Assembly: GCA_965198005.1 (NCBI GenBank)
Contig: CBDAOI010000003.1
Span: 256,001 to 320,000, forward strand
From: Spirochaetia bacterium
Lineage (GTDB): Bacteria > Spirochaetota > Spirochaetia > SZUA-6 > Bin103
Direction: 5' to 3'
Length of the DNA: 64,000 nucleotides
Shown: in pieces, positions 49,900 to 60,291 of the stretch
Layout: the number at the start of each line of letters is the position of its first letter
Position numbering within the stretch: position 1 is the first letter of the stretch
Made by a program: the position numbers and the translations under genes
The notes under the pieces: generated by a model
Told to the model about the DNA's origin: nothing
Database searches by the model: none
Seen by the model: only the letters and a program-made list of their open reading frames with translations

Positions 49900-50773
49900 T
49901 CAGTCCGCGGCAGGCCGCGGCTCGTGATGGCCAGTGCGGGTTGCGACGAGGCTGGCGAGAATGATGACTGCGGTTCCGGCAACCATGAACCAGTCGATGC
50001 GTTCGTCCCATAGAATCCAAGCGATCCCGGCGGCGAAGAAGACGGACGTATAGTTGAGGGTGCTGACGCGGTCTGCCGGGGCGATGAGGCACCCGCGTGC
50101 GAAGAGCACATGCGCGGCTGTGGAGAAGACGCCAAGCATGACGAGCGCGGGCCACGTCTCGACCGGCGGCAAGCGAGGGGTGAGGAAGAGTGCCGGGCCA
50201 GCGGTAATGAGGATGCCGATCAGCGCGAAGTAGACGGCGATACGGGTGGCGTCCTCATGTCTCGGCATGCGCCATAACGCCACGATCGCGAGTCCGCCGA
50301 GCACACCTGCGGCGAGCCCGATCAAGGCGGCGGGTTGGAAGAAGGCCGTGCCAGGCTTGAGGATGAGAGCTGCTCCTGCGAAGCCGGAAGCGGAACAGCA
50401 GCAATCCGAGAATCGGCACGAAGATCGGCGCGCTGAAGTTGAGAAGGACGGCTTCGGCCAAGGGAATCAGGGTGACCGCATAGTAATAGAACAACAGCGA
50501 CACCACGACAGTCACGCCGCGCATCACGATGAGGCCCGCATGCGCCGGGCGCGAAGACTCCGGCCAGCGCATCACAACCCACGGAGTCAGAATGACCAAG
50601 CTGAGAGTATTGCGCCAGAAGAGAACCTCGACGCTCGAGAGGGTCGTTGCGGCCATCCCAATCGCCATGCCCGCCAGGGCGAACATGAGCCCCGCTGCAG
50701 CCACCAAGCAGGCACCTGCAAGCAGCTGCCTGCGATCCGGGCCGGTCTCTGGAACAGCTGCCTGATTATCCAT
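49900..50773 (-). pseudogene. DMT/EamA transporter with internal deletion and frameshift
   Basis: EVLFWR, IPLAEAVLLNFSAPIF, then a frame change near 50375 to ILKPG...LNYTSVFF. Confidence 0.8.
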
Positions 50774-50889
50774 CTGCCTTGCTTCGCACGGTACACGAAC
50801 GCTCCCGCAACGGCAGCAGCTCCTCCGAGACACCCGCGTGGTGGCACACACAGTGCTTGTTGGCGATGCTTCTGGTGGTTCGTCTCCAG

Positions 50890-51132
50890 GCCCGTCGAAG
50901 CGATGCGGCAGGTGTCCGGTGAGCAGGCTGTAGCGCGACGGCACGCACACCGGGTTGGCCGCGTAGGTCAGATCGAAGCAGGTGCCCTCGCGCGCCAGCC
51001 GGTGCAGCGCCGGCGTGCGCACGTACCGGTCTCCGGCATATCCCGCCAGCCGTGGTACTGCTCATCGGTGGTGATCAGCAGAATGTTGGGCTGCCTCACA
51101 CGGGTGCGCGCAACATCCGCGTCATCAATCAT
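50890..51132 (-). pseudogene. sulfatase N-terminal fragment
   Basis: QPNILLITTDEQ, (frameshift) TPALHRLAREG, NPVCVPSRYSLLTG (CxPxR motif). Confidence 0.85.
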
Positions 51133-51138
51133 GCGGCC

Positions 51139-51673
51139 TCAGGTGCGGGCGAACAGGTAGGCGCGACTGCGCCGCCCCACCAGCTCAATGGCTGTCGACG
51201 ACGCTGATGCCGCGCCGCCGCCAACTGCCGTGGCCGGCGGCGCAGCGCAGTTCCTCTACCTCGACCAGCAGCACCTCAAAGCTGAAGTTGGGGTTGCCGA
51301 TCAGGTGCAGGATCCGCACCAGCTCCGCGAACAGGTCGCGGTAGGCACCCCGTTTCGGCGAAGCCCGCCGGCGCAGCACACGGCCGTCCGGGCCGATGGT
51401 CACGATCCACTTGCGCCGCGCGACGGGATGCACCAGCCGTACGCGGTGGCCGCGCACCAGCCGGGTCAACTTGCGCGCCAGCTTCCCGAAGCTGGCGGTC
51501 TGAATCTCGATCAGGGTGTCGCTCCGCACCAGGTCGATGACGTAGCCCTCCACCGGCACCTCGGTGCGGTCGCCCGGTAGCCTGTACCAGCGCTTCAGAG
51601 CCGCGTGCAGCGACCGCTCCGGCAACTCGCCTATGGCGTTTGCGCCGGCGGCCGCGGCGACCACATCAGACAT
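51139..51673 (-). pseudogene. copy A of the PD-(D/E)XK-like hypothetical gene, 170-bp internal deletion
   Basis: highly similar to 53889..54593, including the 3' end, but 535 vs 705 bp. Confidence 0.9.
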
Positions 51674-51800
51674 GGTTCCTCCCGTTTACCAGTATCCGCT
51701 GCGAGACCGTGCCGGCCCCGAGACCTCGTCCCGGTATTGTTGAGATGAATGACTGGTGTGTGTTGAGGTTGCCGTTTCTGTTACCATGATCGTATCGGCC

Positions 51801-53117
51801 ATGATCGAGTATCTGCGCCTGCGCAACGTCGGTCCGGCACCGGACCTGGAGATGGAGCTCGCCCCGAGGCTCAACCTCATTACCGGCGACAACGGACTGG
51901 GCAAGAGCTTTCTGCTGGATGTGATCTGGTGGGCGCTGACGCGCAAATGGCCGCAGGAAGTGAACCCGCACATGAATGCCGGGTATGCGGCTCGACCCGG
52001 GACGGCCGGCGAGAATGCGACTATCGGGTTTCGCGCACGGGGAAGGAGCAACAGCGCCGAGTACGAGGCTCGGTACGTACCGAGGGATCAAGCATGGGTG
52101 GGGCGTGCCGGAAGACCGTTGCTGCCCGGCTTGGTGATCTACGCTCACACGGACGGGTCGTTCTCGTACTGGGACCCGGCTCGGAACTACTGGCGGCGGC
52201 GCGGCGACGCCGACGTCTCCGAGCGCCGGCCGGCGCAGGTGTTTACTCAGGACGAGGTGTGGAACGGAGCGTACGTGCAGGAGAACGGCCGGCGCGTGCC
52301 GATCTGCAACGGGCTGATCATCGACTGGGCGACCTGGATCAGTGCGCAGAATGACAGCCATACGACGATGAAGGCTGTGATCGAGACGCTCGCGTCGGAT
52401 GGGACCGATGTCCGTGTGGAGCCGGGGACTCTGTCGCGCATCTCCATCGATGACCCCAGGGACATCCCGACCATCCGCACCGGCTACGCCGAAGCGATTC
52501 CCATCCTCCACGCATCTGCCGGGGTCCGCCGCGTTGTCGCGCTGGCCTACATGCTCACGTTGGCTTGGCGCGAACATCGACTGGCCGCCCAACAACTCGG
52601 CGAAGAACCGTGCGACAGCATCGTGTTGCTGATAGATGAGGTAGAGAGCCACCTGCATCCCCGGTGGCAACGGTCCATCCTGAGTTCCCTGAGAGGTGCT
52701 GTACGAGAACTGGGCACGCCAACAGCCGTGCAAATGATCGTCACCACACACTCTCCGTTGGTGCTGGCCTCCGCCGAAGCCTGGTTCGACGACGCACGAG
52801 ACGCTTGGTTAGACCTTGATCTGGAGAACGAGTCGGGGGTCGTGCTCCGGCGCGGGATATATGAACGGCGGGGAGCGGTCGGCCACTGGCTCACGAGCGA
52901 GGCGTTCGACCTGCTCACCGACCGTGGAAGCGTTGAGGCGGAGCAGGTTGTCTTGCGAGCTCGGGAGTTGCTCAGTGCCGAGGGGCCTTCGCTCGAAGAG
53001 GTGGAAGAGGTAAGCCGTGAGCTTGGTCAAGTCCTAGCCGAGTGTGACCCCTTCCTCGCTGGGTGGGGTCACTTTCGGGAGCTGCTGAGGGAAAAACGCG
53101 CCCCCGGGCCGTCGTGA
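51801..53117 (+). CDS. ABC/AAA_21 ATPase, PtuA (Septu)-like
   Basis: ITGDNGLGKS, ASAG, LIDEVESHLHPRWQ, TTHSP. Confidence 0.88.
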   Translation: MIEYLRLRNVGPAPDLEMELAPRLNLITGDNGLGKSFLLDVIWWALTRKWPQEVNPHMNAGYAARPGTAGENATIGFRARGRSNSAEYEARYVPRDQAWVGRAGRPLLPGLVIYAHTDGSFSYWDPARNYWRRRGDADVSERRPAQVFTQDEVWNGAYVQENGRRVPICNGLIIDWATWISAQNDSHTTMKAVIETLASDGTDVRVEPGTLSRISIDDPRDIPTIRTGYAEAIPILHASAGVRRVVALAYMLTLAWREHRLAAQQLGEEPCDSIVLLIDEVESHLHPRWQRSILSSLRGAVRELGTPTAVQMIVTTHSPLVLASAEAWFDDARDAWLDLDLENESGVVLRRGIYERRGAVGHWLTSEAFDLLTDRGSVEAEQVVLRARELLSAEGPSLEEVEEVSRELGQVLAECDPFLAGWGHFRELLREKRAPGPS

Positions 53118-53746
53118 TACGAGTCGCGCCACAGCCAGAACCGGGCCACTTCCACCGGGAGGTTCGGGAGCCGGGATCGTGGGCCATCGCGGAGCTGGTT
53201 GGCGAACAATCGTCACGCTCGCAAGGCCGCCGGCTCCATCAGGTCGCGTCGTCGCGGGAAGACATACCTGGCGACGCGTTCCCACGCTACTGGAGGAATG
53301 TTCGCGGCGATCTGCGAGAGAAGTACAACTGCGTCTGCGCGTTCTCGGGGATGCGTATCGAGCCTACCGCCGATTTCACGGTGGATCACATGGTACCCAA
53401 GTCGAGGAGTTGGCGGCTGGTGTACGAGTGGTGCAACTACCGCCTCTCCTGCTTGCGGATGAACCGGAAGAAGAGGGAATACACAGACGTGCTCGATCCG
53501 TTCTGCATCGACGACGCGTGGTTCGTGATGGATATCGTGGAGTTCCGCGTACACCCGGCCGCCGCCCTCGACGAACACCGGAAGCAGAGCGTGGCGGCTT
53601 CCATCAACCGCTTGGGCCTGAATGACCTCGACTGGTGTGAAACACGCCGCCAGCATGTTGAGCAGTACCGCGAACACCGGCGGTTGCGCATCGTGGAGCA
53701 CCTATTCCCGTTCGTGGCCAAGGAGATCCGCCGCCTCGGTCTATAG
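53114..53746 (+). CDS. HNH endonuclease, PtuB-like
   Basis: PQPEP, CAFSG, TVDHMVPKS, YEWCNYRLSC..MN..K, LDPF, INRLGLN; GTGA overlap with the ATPase. Confidence 0.85.
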   Translation: MIRVAPQPEPGHFHREVREPGSWAIAELVGEQSSRSQGRRLHQVASSREDIPGDAFPRYWRNVRGDLREKYNCVCAFSGMRIEPTADFTVDHMVPKSRSWRLVYEWCNYRLSCLRMNRKKREYTDVLDPFCIDDAWFVMDIVEFRVHPAAALDEHRKQSVAASINRLGLNDLDWCETRRQHVEQYREHRRLRIVEHLFPFVAKEIRRLGL

Positions 53747-53888
53747 TTCGAGCCCGAGAGCGGACAGCCGTTCGACGAGTCGTTTCGACACGTCCGGACG
53801 ATTCCCCATCTTCATGACTGGCACGGCGCGGCCGAAATGAACCTGCTGTTCGCTACCGGTGTAATCGGATGAGCGGTTACGGGGTTCC

Positions 53889-54593
53889 TCAGGTGCGGGC
53901 GAACAGGTAGGCGCGGTTGCGGCGGCCCACCAACTCGAGGGCGCCCATGCGGCGCAGCGCGTAGGTCATCATGCCGGCCAGCGACGCGGGCATGGCGCCG
54001 GCCGCGGCCAGGGAGCGGTTGGTGAACGGCTCCTCCAGGTGCGGCGGCAGCAGGCGAGCGAAGTCGGCCGGGGTGTGGAAGCGGCGCCGCTCGCACACCG
54101 CCAGCAGCCGGGTGTCGACCACGCTGATGCCGCGCCGCCGCCAACTGCCGTGGCCGTCGGCGCAGCGCAGTTCCTCTACCTCGACCAGCAGCACCTCCAG
54201 GCTGAAGTTGGGGTTGCCGATCAGGTGGGGGATCCGCACCAGCTCGACGAACAGGTCGCGGTAGGCACCGCGCTTCGGCGACGCCCGCCGGCGCAGCACG
54301 CGGCCGTCCGGGCCGGTGGTCACGACCCACTTGCGCTGCGCGACGGGATGCACCAGCCGTACGCGGTGGCCGCTGACCAGCCGCGTCAACTTGCGCGCCA
54401 GCTTTCCGAAGCTGCCGGTCTGAATCTCGATCAGGGTGCCGCACCGCACCAGGTCGATGACGCAGCCCTCCAGCGGCACCTCGGCGCGGTCGCCGGGCAG
54501 CGCGTACCAGCGTTTGAGCGCCGCGTGCAGCGACCGCTCCCGCAGCTCACCGATGGCATTTACAACGGGAGTCGCGGCGACCACGTCCGACAT
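53889..54593 (-). CDS. conserved hypothetical protein, predicted PD-(D/E)XK-like nuclease with C-terminal wHTH-like segment (copy B, intact)
   Basis: ERSLHAALK, EVP..G..ID...LIEIQT, LVHP, RRASPK, MTYALRRMG. Confidence 0.7.
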   Translation of the reverse strand: MSDVVAATPVVNAIGELRERSLHAALKRWYALPGDRAEVPLEGCVIDLVRCGTLIEIQTGSFGKLARKLTRLVSGHRVRLVHPVAQRKWVVTTGPDGRVLRRRASPKRGAYRDLFVELVRIPHLIGNPNFSLEVLLVEVEELRCADGHGSWRRRGISVVDTRLLAVCERRRFHTPADFARLLPPHLEEPFTNRSLAAAGAMPASLAGMMTYALRRMGALELVGRRNRAYLFART

Positions 54594-54775
54594 GGTTCCT
54601 CCCGCTTACCATTATCGGCTGCGCGTTGGGCCGGCTGCCGCGAGCCCCGCACCCTCTGATAATCCTCTGATATAGTAGATTGAGGACAGCTCTGGTCTCT
54701 CGGATTGCTATCTGCTCCGTGGCCATTGCAAGAGTTGCGGAGTTGCGAACAATCTTGAGCAAAGGGGCCGAGAAG

Positions 54776-55277
54776 TGAGTGATTTGCCGACCTATGTCCT
54801 GGAGCGGGCATTCGATGCGCCGCGCGACCTGGTATGGAGGGCCTGGACCGAGCCGGATCTGCTGGCGCGCTGGTACGGGCCGAACGTGGAGACGATCAAC
54901 CACCGCCATGAGCTGAAGCCGGGCGGGTGGTGGCTGTGCGAGATGCGGTGGGGCGGCAACTCGCACCATCAGAAGGCCGAGTTCACCGAGGTGGCCGCGC
55001 CGGAGCGGCTGGTGTGGCTGCACTCGAATACGGACGCGGACTGGAACGTCGCGCCCTCTCCCATGATGCCCAACTGGCCGCTGGTCCTGCTGACCACGGT
55101 CACGTTCGCCGAGGATGGCGGCCGGACCCGCGTGCGCCTGACCTGGGTGCCGCACGAGGCGAGCGACGCCGAGACCGCGCGTTCGGCGCCGCCCTGGGCG
55201 GCCTCGACCAGGGCTGGGGCGCCGGCATGGAACTCCTCAAGGAGCTGCTGGCCGAACTGCAAGCGACGCCCGGATAA
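54776..55277 (+). pseudogene. SRPBCC/Aha1 family protein, frameshifted near 55175
   Basis: LERAFDAPRDLVWRAWTEP..LARWYGP, PERLVW, TTVTF.EDGGRT; GW..GMELL tail is in another frame. Confidence 0.85.
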
Positions 55278-55293
55278 GGGCTCGCCGCACGGA

Positions 55294-55640
55294 TCACGCG
55301 CGCCGGATGCGGACACCCGGCGAGCCGCCGCAGGTCGAACTGGGTCCATCAGCCATCGCACTGGAAGCGCGTGCGCGTACAAGCTCCAGCATGGGGTCAA
55401 GGCCGAGGGCGTCGGCCCACGCGCGTACGAATTCCAGTGTCGGGTTGCTGTCGAATCGTTCGGCCCTTGCGACAGCCTGCTGCGAGCAACCGAGTCGAGT
55501 CGCGAGGCTCTGTTGTGTAAACCCTGCGGTTTCCCGCGCCTCGCGCAGCAGGAATCCGGGAGGATCAACCTCCCATGACGGAATCATCTCCCATTGGCGA
55601 AGTACTCTCCATTCCCCGTAGTGTCGAGGCTTTCGCCTAC
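55294..55640 (-). CDS. XRE-family HTH protein
   Basis: LREARETAGFTQQSLATRLGCSQQAVARAE...NPTL; start uncertain. Confidence 0.75.
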
Positions 55641-55861
55641 GCAGACGTGTCGGTGGGAGCGTAGCTCGCTGGGAACATCGAGCCTCGTAGGTTCTCATGG
55701 TGGATTCAAAGCGTTGTAACCGTCGATCTCGGATCGCCAGTATTGCCATGCAGCAAGACTCGTGGCATGGAGCCCGCCCTTCGCAAGAGCTCCGTCTCAC
55801 GTACAGTCATAGTCAGTGCTGTCATTCTTGCGACAGGCACCGGGCCAGCTTTCTTCGCCCA

Positions 55862-56200
55862 TTATCCTTGCAAGTGCGAACGTATGAAATCGCTCACGGC
55901 ATCTTTGACATGTTCCTCTACGGACTTTAGAATCGACTCTCGATTATCCAATCCAAATGAAGCATAATCCTGTGCAAGCCCCCAAATGACGTCTCTGTCT
56001 ATCGTCATGAAACTAACGTCAATTGAGTACAGGTGCGAGTTGCCGACACTCGGCTCTTGTTTTCCACAAGTTACACTAATCTGAAGCCAAAGGTAGTTTT
56101 CTTCTGAGGCTATAGCCTTTCGCTCAGCTATGATACGGCTGAGTGTGATTGTGTCGGTGCTTTTCTCGAATGGACAATCGCGGCCAACACCTACGTTGTA
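55862..56200 (-). CDS. low-GC hypothetical protein, probably 5'-truncated
   Basis: open AT-richer frame LWLQISVTC...YSIDVSF...VSDFIRSHL. Confidence 0.45.
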   Translation of the reverse strand, partial: YNVGVGRDCPFEKSTDTITLSRIIAERKAIASEENYLWLQISVTCGKQEPSVGNSHLYSIDVSFMTIDRDVIWGLAQDYASFGLDNRESILKSVEEHVKDAVSDFIRSHLQG

Positions 56201-56217
56201 TTCTAACGTATCAGGCG

Positions 56218-56418
56218 CTCCAGGTGGGCAGCGGCAGCAGGCGAGCGAAGTCGGCCGGGGTGTGGAAGCGTCGCCGCTCGCACACCGCCAGCAGCCGGGT
56301 GTCGACCACGCTGATGCCGCACCGCCGCCAACTGCCGCGGCCGTCGGCGCAGCGCAGTCCTCCGCCTCGACCAGCAGCACCTCCAGGCTGACGTTGGGGT
56401 TGCCGATCAGGTGCGGCA
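56218..56418 (-). pseudogene. copy C (internal fragment) of the PD-(D/E)XK-like gene
   Basis: PHLIGNPN.SLEVLLVE...; nucleotide match to ~54035-54230. Confidence 0.9.
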
Positions 56419-56499
56419 GACGGCCCTGGTGGTCGGGTGGCGGTTTACGCCATGGCCTGTTGGAAGGGTCGCGAACACGTTGAACAAAGGGGCCGAGAA

Positions 56500-56960
56500 G
56501 TGAGTGATTTGCCGACCCATGTCCTGGAGCGGGCATTCGATGCGCCGCGCGACCTGGTATCGAGGGCCTGGACCGAGCCGGATCTGCTGGCACGCCGGTA
56601 CGGGCCGAACGTAGAGACGATCAACGACCGCCATGAACTGAAGCCGGGCGGGCGGTGGCTGTGCGAGATGCGGTGGGCCGGCAACTCGCACCATCGGAAG
56701 GCCGAGTTCACCGAGCTGCCGCGCCGGAGCGACTGGTGTGGCTGCACTCAAGTACGGATGCGGACTGGAACGTCGCGCCCTCTCCCCTGATGCCCAACTG
56801 GCCGCTGGTCCTGCTGACCACGGTCACGTTCGCCGAGGATGGCGGCCGGACCCGCGTGCGCCTGACCTGGGTGCCGCACGAGGCGAGCGACGCCGAGATC
56901 ACCGCGTTCGGCGCCGTCCTGGGCGGCCTTGACCAGGGCTGCGGCCCCGGCATGAAGTTC
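56500..56960 (+). pseudogene. second SRPBCC/Aha1 copy, frameshifted and truncated
   Basis: near-identical to 54760-55230; frameshift near 56715. Confidence 0.9.
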
Positions 56961-57089
56961 ACGTCGCATGACGCATCATGAGACCCCGGTTGGGGGGCCA
57001 AGCGTGACCGCGACGGCGACGAGAACCTCTGAGTCCTTGCGCGCTCGATTCATCAGTCAGATCATGAGTCCACTCGCACGAGCACGTTG

Positions 57090-57410
57090 CTACGCGTAGA
57101 ATGGTGCTCCCAGGAGGATCGAGTCAGTAACCATCTTGTCACGATAAGCAATCAGATTTTCGCCGAGTTTCTTCGCTTCTATGCCGGCCCACGGCGTTTC
57201 GTCCTCTTGCAGCAAGGCATAATCGATCTTGTTACCAGCAACGTCATACTCTAACCTCACCCGCCGCGGATCCTCCGGATTCCATCCAAGAATGCGTAGC
57301 AACGGGTCGACTAATGACACCCTGGTGCTGGTTTCATTCGTGAAGCTCGTCCCATCATCGCTGATTGAACTGCGGAGTCGCTCTATTTCCTCGATCAGTT
57401 CTTGCAACAT
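57090..57410 (-). pseudogene. HsdR N-terminal-type restriction nuclease domain, truncated
   Basis: NETSTR..LVDPLLRILGW, V.LEY, IDYAL, IEAKK; ends prematurely. Confidence 0.75.
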
Positions 57411-57519
57411 ATGGTTCAATTCTCCTTGTCCGTAAGCTGCATCCACAATACCGACGATGGTACTGTCCGGTGCAGGTGGACACATTGGGTTAATTGATAC
57501 GGATCAATACGTAGATCAC

Positions 57520-57585
57520 TCACCTCGCGCAGCAGGTATCCGGGAGGATTCACCTCCCACGTCCGAATGATCTCCCATTGTATTG
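57520..57585 (-). pseudogene. scrap of a second XRE-HTH gene copy
   Basis: WEIIRTWEVNPPGYLLRE vs WEMIPSWEVDPPGFLLRE at ~55540-55595. Confidence 0.7.
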
Positions 57586-57663
57586 CTCCTTCCCACGGAA
57601 TCAAGTGTCCTTCGTCGGTGCGTTGGTCGGCCCCGGAGATAGAGATGGACCACGCTCCGCGGC

Positions 57664-58554
57664 TCATCCTCTACTAATAGCGGCGAGCGGCGCTCGCAGG
57701 CGGGTCTCGTCCCAGGCTTGGCGGGTGAAGGTGCGGTAGGTCACGGGGGTGCGGCAGGTGCGGCAGACGGCGCGGCGGCGGCGGGTGTTGGCGCGCTCGG
57801 TCCACCCGCACCGGCGGCATGAGACGAGGTAGCGGGACGGGGCGAAGTCGAGGGAGTGGCAGCGGTTGCCGGTGCAGCCGATGGCACGCGCCGCCGCCTT
57901 CCAGAGGCGGTCGTGGCCGTGCTCCGGGCCGACCATGGCGTGTGCGATCTCGTGCAGGACGGTCTCCCGGATCTCCTCGGCGGTTGCGCGCAGGCAATAG
58001 AGGCGCGACAGGCCGATCAACCTGAGCGCCGCGTTGCAGCTTCCGGCGCGGCAGGAGGCATCGTCGAGCTGCAGGCTCCAGCCGGCGAGTCCGTGGGCGG
58101 CGATCAACTGCTCGGCGCGCCGGGCGACGGCGGCCAGGCGCCGCTCATCGTCCCGTTCGGCGGCGCCCGGCGCTTTCCGCAGCTTTCCGTACGGCACCTG
58201 AAACTCCAGGCCGTCGGCGCACACGACGTGCGCCCGGCTGGGCCCGAGCCGGGCGATCACGCCCGCCCGTACCGCCGACCCGTGTTCGAACCGGATCTCG
58301 TCCTCCACCCGGAAGCGGGCCTTGAGCCGGTCGTTGCGGGTGGCGACCCGGCGCCGGCCGCCGGCCGGCCACGGCGCCAGCAGGGCCCACGGGACGCGGT
58401 ATTCGCCGCCCTCCGGGGTCACCACGACGGCAACCCGGCGCTGTTTCCTGGCCACGTGTCCGGTTATCGGCGCGCCGCCCGCACCGGCGGCGCCGGCGCG
58501 CGCAAACTGCACCGGATCGAACACTGCAAACGTGACGGACGTGGCGCCGGTCAC
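57664..58554 (-). CDS. SprT-like zinc metalloprotease with N-terminal small beta-barrel-like modules
   Basis: RAGSC, TVLHEIAHA..HGHD..WK, two CxxC pairs; GTGA overlap with nadE. Confidence 0.85.
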   Translation of the reverse strand: MTGATSVTFAVFDPVQFARAGAAGAGGAPITGHVARKQRRVAVVVTPEGGEYRVPWALLAPWPAGGRRRVATRNDRLKARFRVEDEIRFEHGSAVRAGVIARLGPSRAHVVCADGLEFQVPYGKLRKAPGAAERDDERRLAAVARRAEQLIAAHGLAGWSLQLDDASCRAGSCNAALRLIGLSRLYCLRATAEEIRETVLHEIAHAMVGPEHGHDRLWKAAARAIGCTGNRCHSLDFAPSRYLVSCRRCGWTERANTRRRRAVCRTCRTPVTYRTFTRQAWDETRLRAPLAAISRG

Positions 58555-60194
58555 GAGACCTCGTGGATCTCGCGCGCGATGGGGAAGCGGCGGCCGGTAC
58601 CGAAGGCGCGCGCGGAGACCTTGAGGATGACGGGCGCTTGGCGGCGCTTGTACTCCGCGCGGCCCACGCGGCGCAGGACGTCGACCACGGTGGCGTCGTC
58701 GAAGCCGCGGGCGACGATCTCGCCGCGGGTGAGGTTGTCGATCACGTAGAGCTGCAGGATGCGGTCGAGCAGCTCGTAGTCGGGCAGGGAGTCCTGGTCG
58801 GTCTGGCCCGGGCGCAGCTCGGCCGAGGGCGGTTTGCTCAGCGTGGCCGCGGGGATGATCTCGCAGTCCCGGTTGATGGCGCGGGCGAGCGCGTACACCT
58901 CGGTCTTGAGCAGGTCGCCGATCGGCGCCAGCCCGCCGCACAGATCGCCGTACAGGGTGGAGTAGCCGGTGGCCAGTTCCGACTTGTTGCCGGTGGCGAG
59001 CAGGATGGAGCCGGTCTTGTTGGAGAACGCCATCATCAGCATGCCGCGGATGCGCGCCTGCAGGTTTTCTTCGGTAACGTCCGGCGCGGCGCCGGCGAAC
59101 ACCGGGGCCAGGGCGCGTTCGTAGCCGGCGTAGAGCTCCTCGATGGAGATGGTATGCAGCGGCACACCGAGCCGTTCGCACAGCCGCGCCGCGTCGGTCG
59201 TGCTCCCGGTCGACGAGTACATCGAGGGCAGCGAGAACGCGGTTACCCGGTCGGGGCCGAGGGCGCGCGCCGCCAGCGCGGCGACCAGCGCCGAATCGAT
59301 GCCGCCGGAGACCGCCAGGTGCACGCGTTCGTGGCGGGTCTTGCGCAGGTAGTCGGCGATCCCCATCCCCAGGGCGCGCTCCAGCTCGGCCCAGCCGTCC
59401 GCGTTGGCCGCCACCGCCGCACCCGGCGCGGCGCTGTCCCACACCGTCAGCTCCTCCCGGTAGCCGGCGCACTGCAGCACCAGCTCGCCGCCGGCACCGG
59501 TGACGAACGACTGGCCGTCGAACAGCAGGCCGTCGTTGCCGCCCACCATGTTGACGTAGACCACCGGCACGCCGGCGGTGGCGCCGACGTGCTCCAGCAG
59601 CCGGCGCCGCACCCGCGGCTTGCCGCGGTGGTAGGGGGAGGCGGACGGCGCCAGCAGCAGCGTGGCGCCGGCGTCCAGGCAGTCGCGCACCGGGTCGACC
59701 GCGTAGCGCCCGCCGGGGTCGGGATCGGTTTCCCACCAGAGGTCCTCGCAGATGGTCAGTCCGATGCGTTCGCCCCCGAATTCTACCGTGCGCCGCTCCG
59801 CCGCGGGCTGGAAGTAACGCGCCTCGTCGAACACGTCGTAGGTGGGCAGCAGGGTCTTGGCCTGGGTATGCAGCAGGCGCCCCTCGGCGAGCAGGCTGGC
59901 GGCGTTGACCAGGCGCTTGCCGGTGCCGCTGCGGTTGCGGTCGACGTAGCCGATCACCGCCCCCAGGCCGGCCGGCATGGCGCGCTGGATGCGGCGCAGC
60001 GCCTTGAGGTTCTCCTCCACGAAGGAGGCGTGGTCGAGCAGGTCCATGGGCGGGTAGCCGCACAGGCACAGCTCCGGGAACACCACCAGCTCGGCGCCCA
60101 GCGCGCGCGCCTCCGCCAGCCGCGCGAGGATCAGCGCGCTGTTGCCGGCAAAGTCGCCGACGGTAGGGTTGATCTGGGCTAACGCGATTCGCAT
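58551..60194 (-). CDS. nadE: glutamine-dependent NAD+ synthetase
   Basis: nitrilase domain (FPEL, K.LLPTYDVFDE, ICEDLW) plus SGGIDS, ENLQARIR, GNKSE, PSAEL. Confidence 0.97.
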   Translation of the reverse strand: MRIALAQINPTVGDFAGNSALILARLAEARALGAELVVFPELCLCGYPPMDLLDHASFVEENLKALRRIQRAMPAGLGAVIGYVDRNRSGTGKRLVNAASLLAEGRLLHTQAKTLLPTYDVFDEARYFQPAAERRTVEFGGERIGLTICEDLWWETDPDPGGRYAVDPVRDCLDAGATLLLAPSASPYHRGKPRVRRRLLEHVGATAGVPVVYVNMVGGNDGLLFDGQSFVTGAGGELVLQCAGYREELTVWDSAAPGAAVAANADGWAELERALGMGIADYLRKTRHERVHLAVSGGIDSALVAALAARALGPDRVTAFSLPSMYSSTGSTTDAARLCERLGVPLHTISIEELYAGYERALAPVFAGAAPDVTEENLQARIRGMLMMAFSNKTGSILLATGNKSELATGYSTLYGDLCGGLAPIGDLLKTEVYALARAINRDCEIIPAATLSKPPSAELRPGQTDQDSLPDYELLDRILQLYVIDNLTRGEIVARGFDDATVVDVLRRVGRAEYKRRQAPVILKVSARAFGTGRRFPIAREIHEVS

Positions 60195-60217
60195 CGCCGG
60201 CGCCGCTGCCGCGCGAT

Positions 60218-60291
<74 letters not shown>

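Noticed and set aside
51700-53880. Retron associated with the PtuAB-like pair
   Set aside because: No reverse transcriptase and no convincing msr/msd inverted repeats in the window.
51139-57620. True integron
   Set aside because: No tyrosine integrase and no attC-like sites recognised; the repeats are gene copies.
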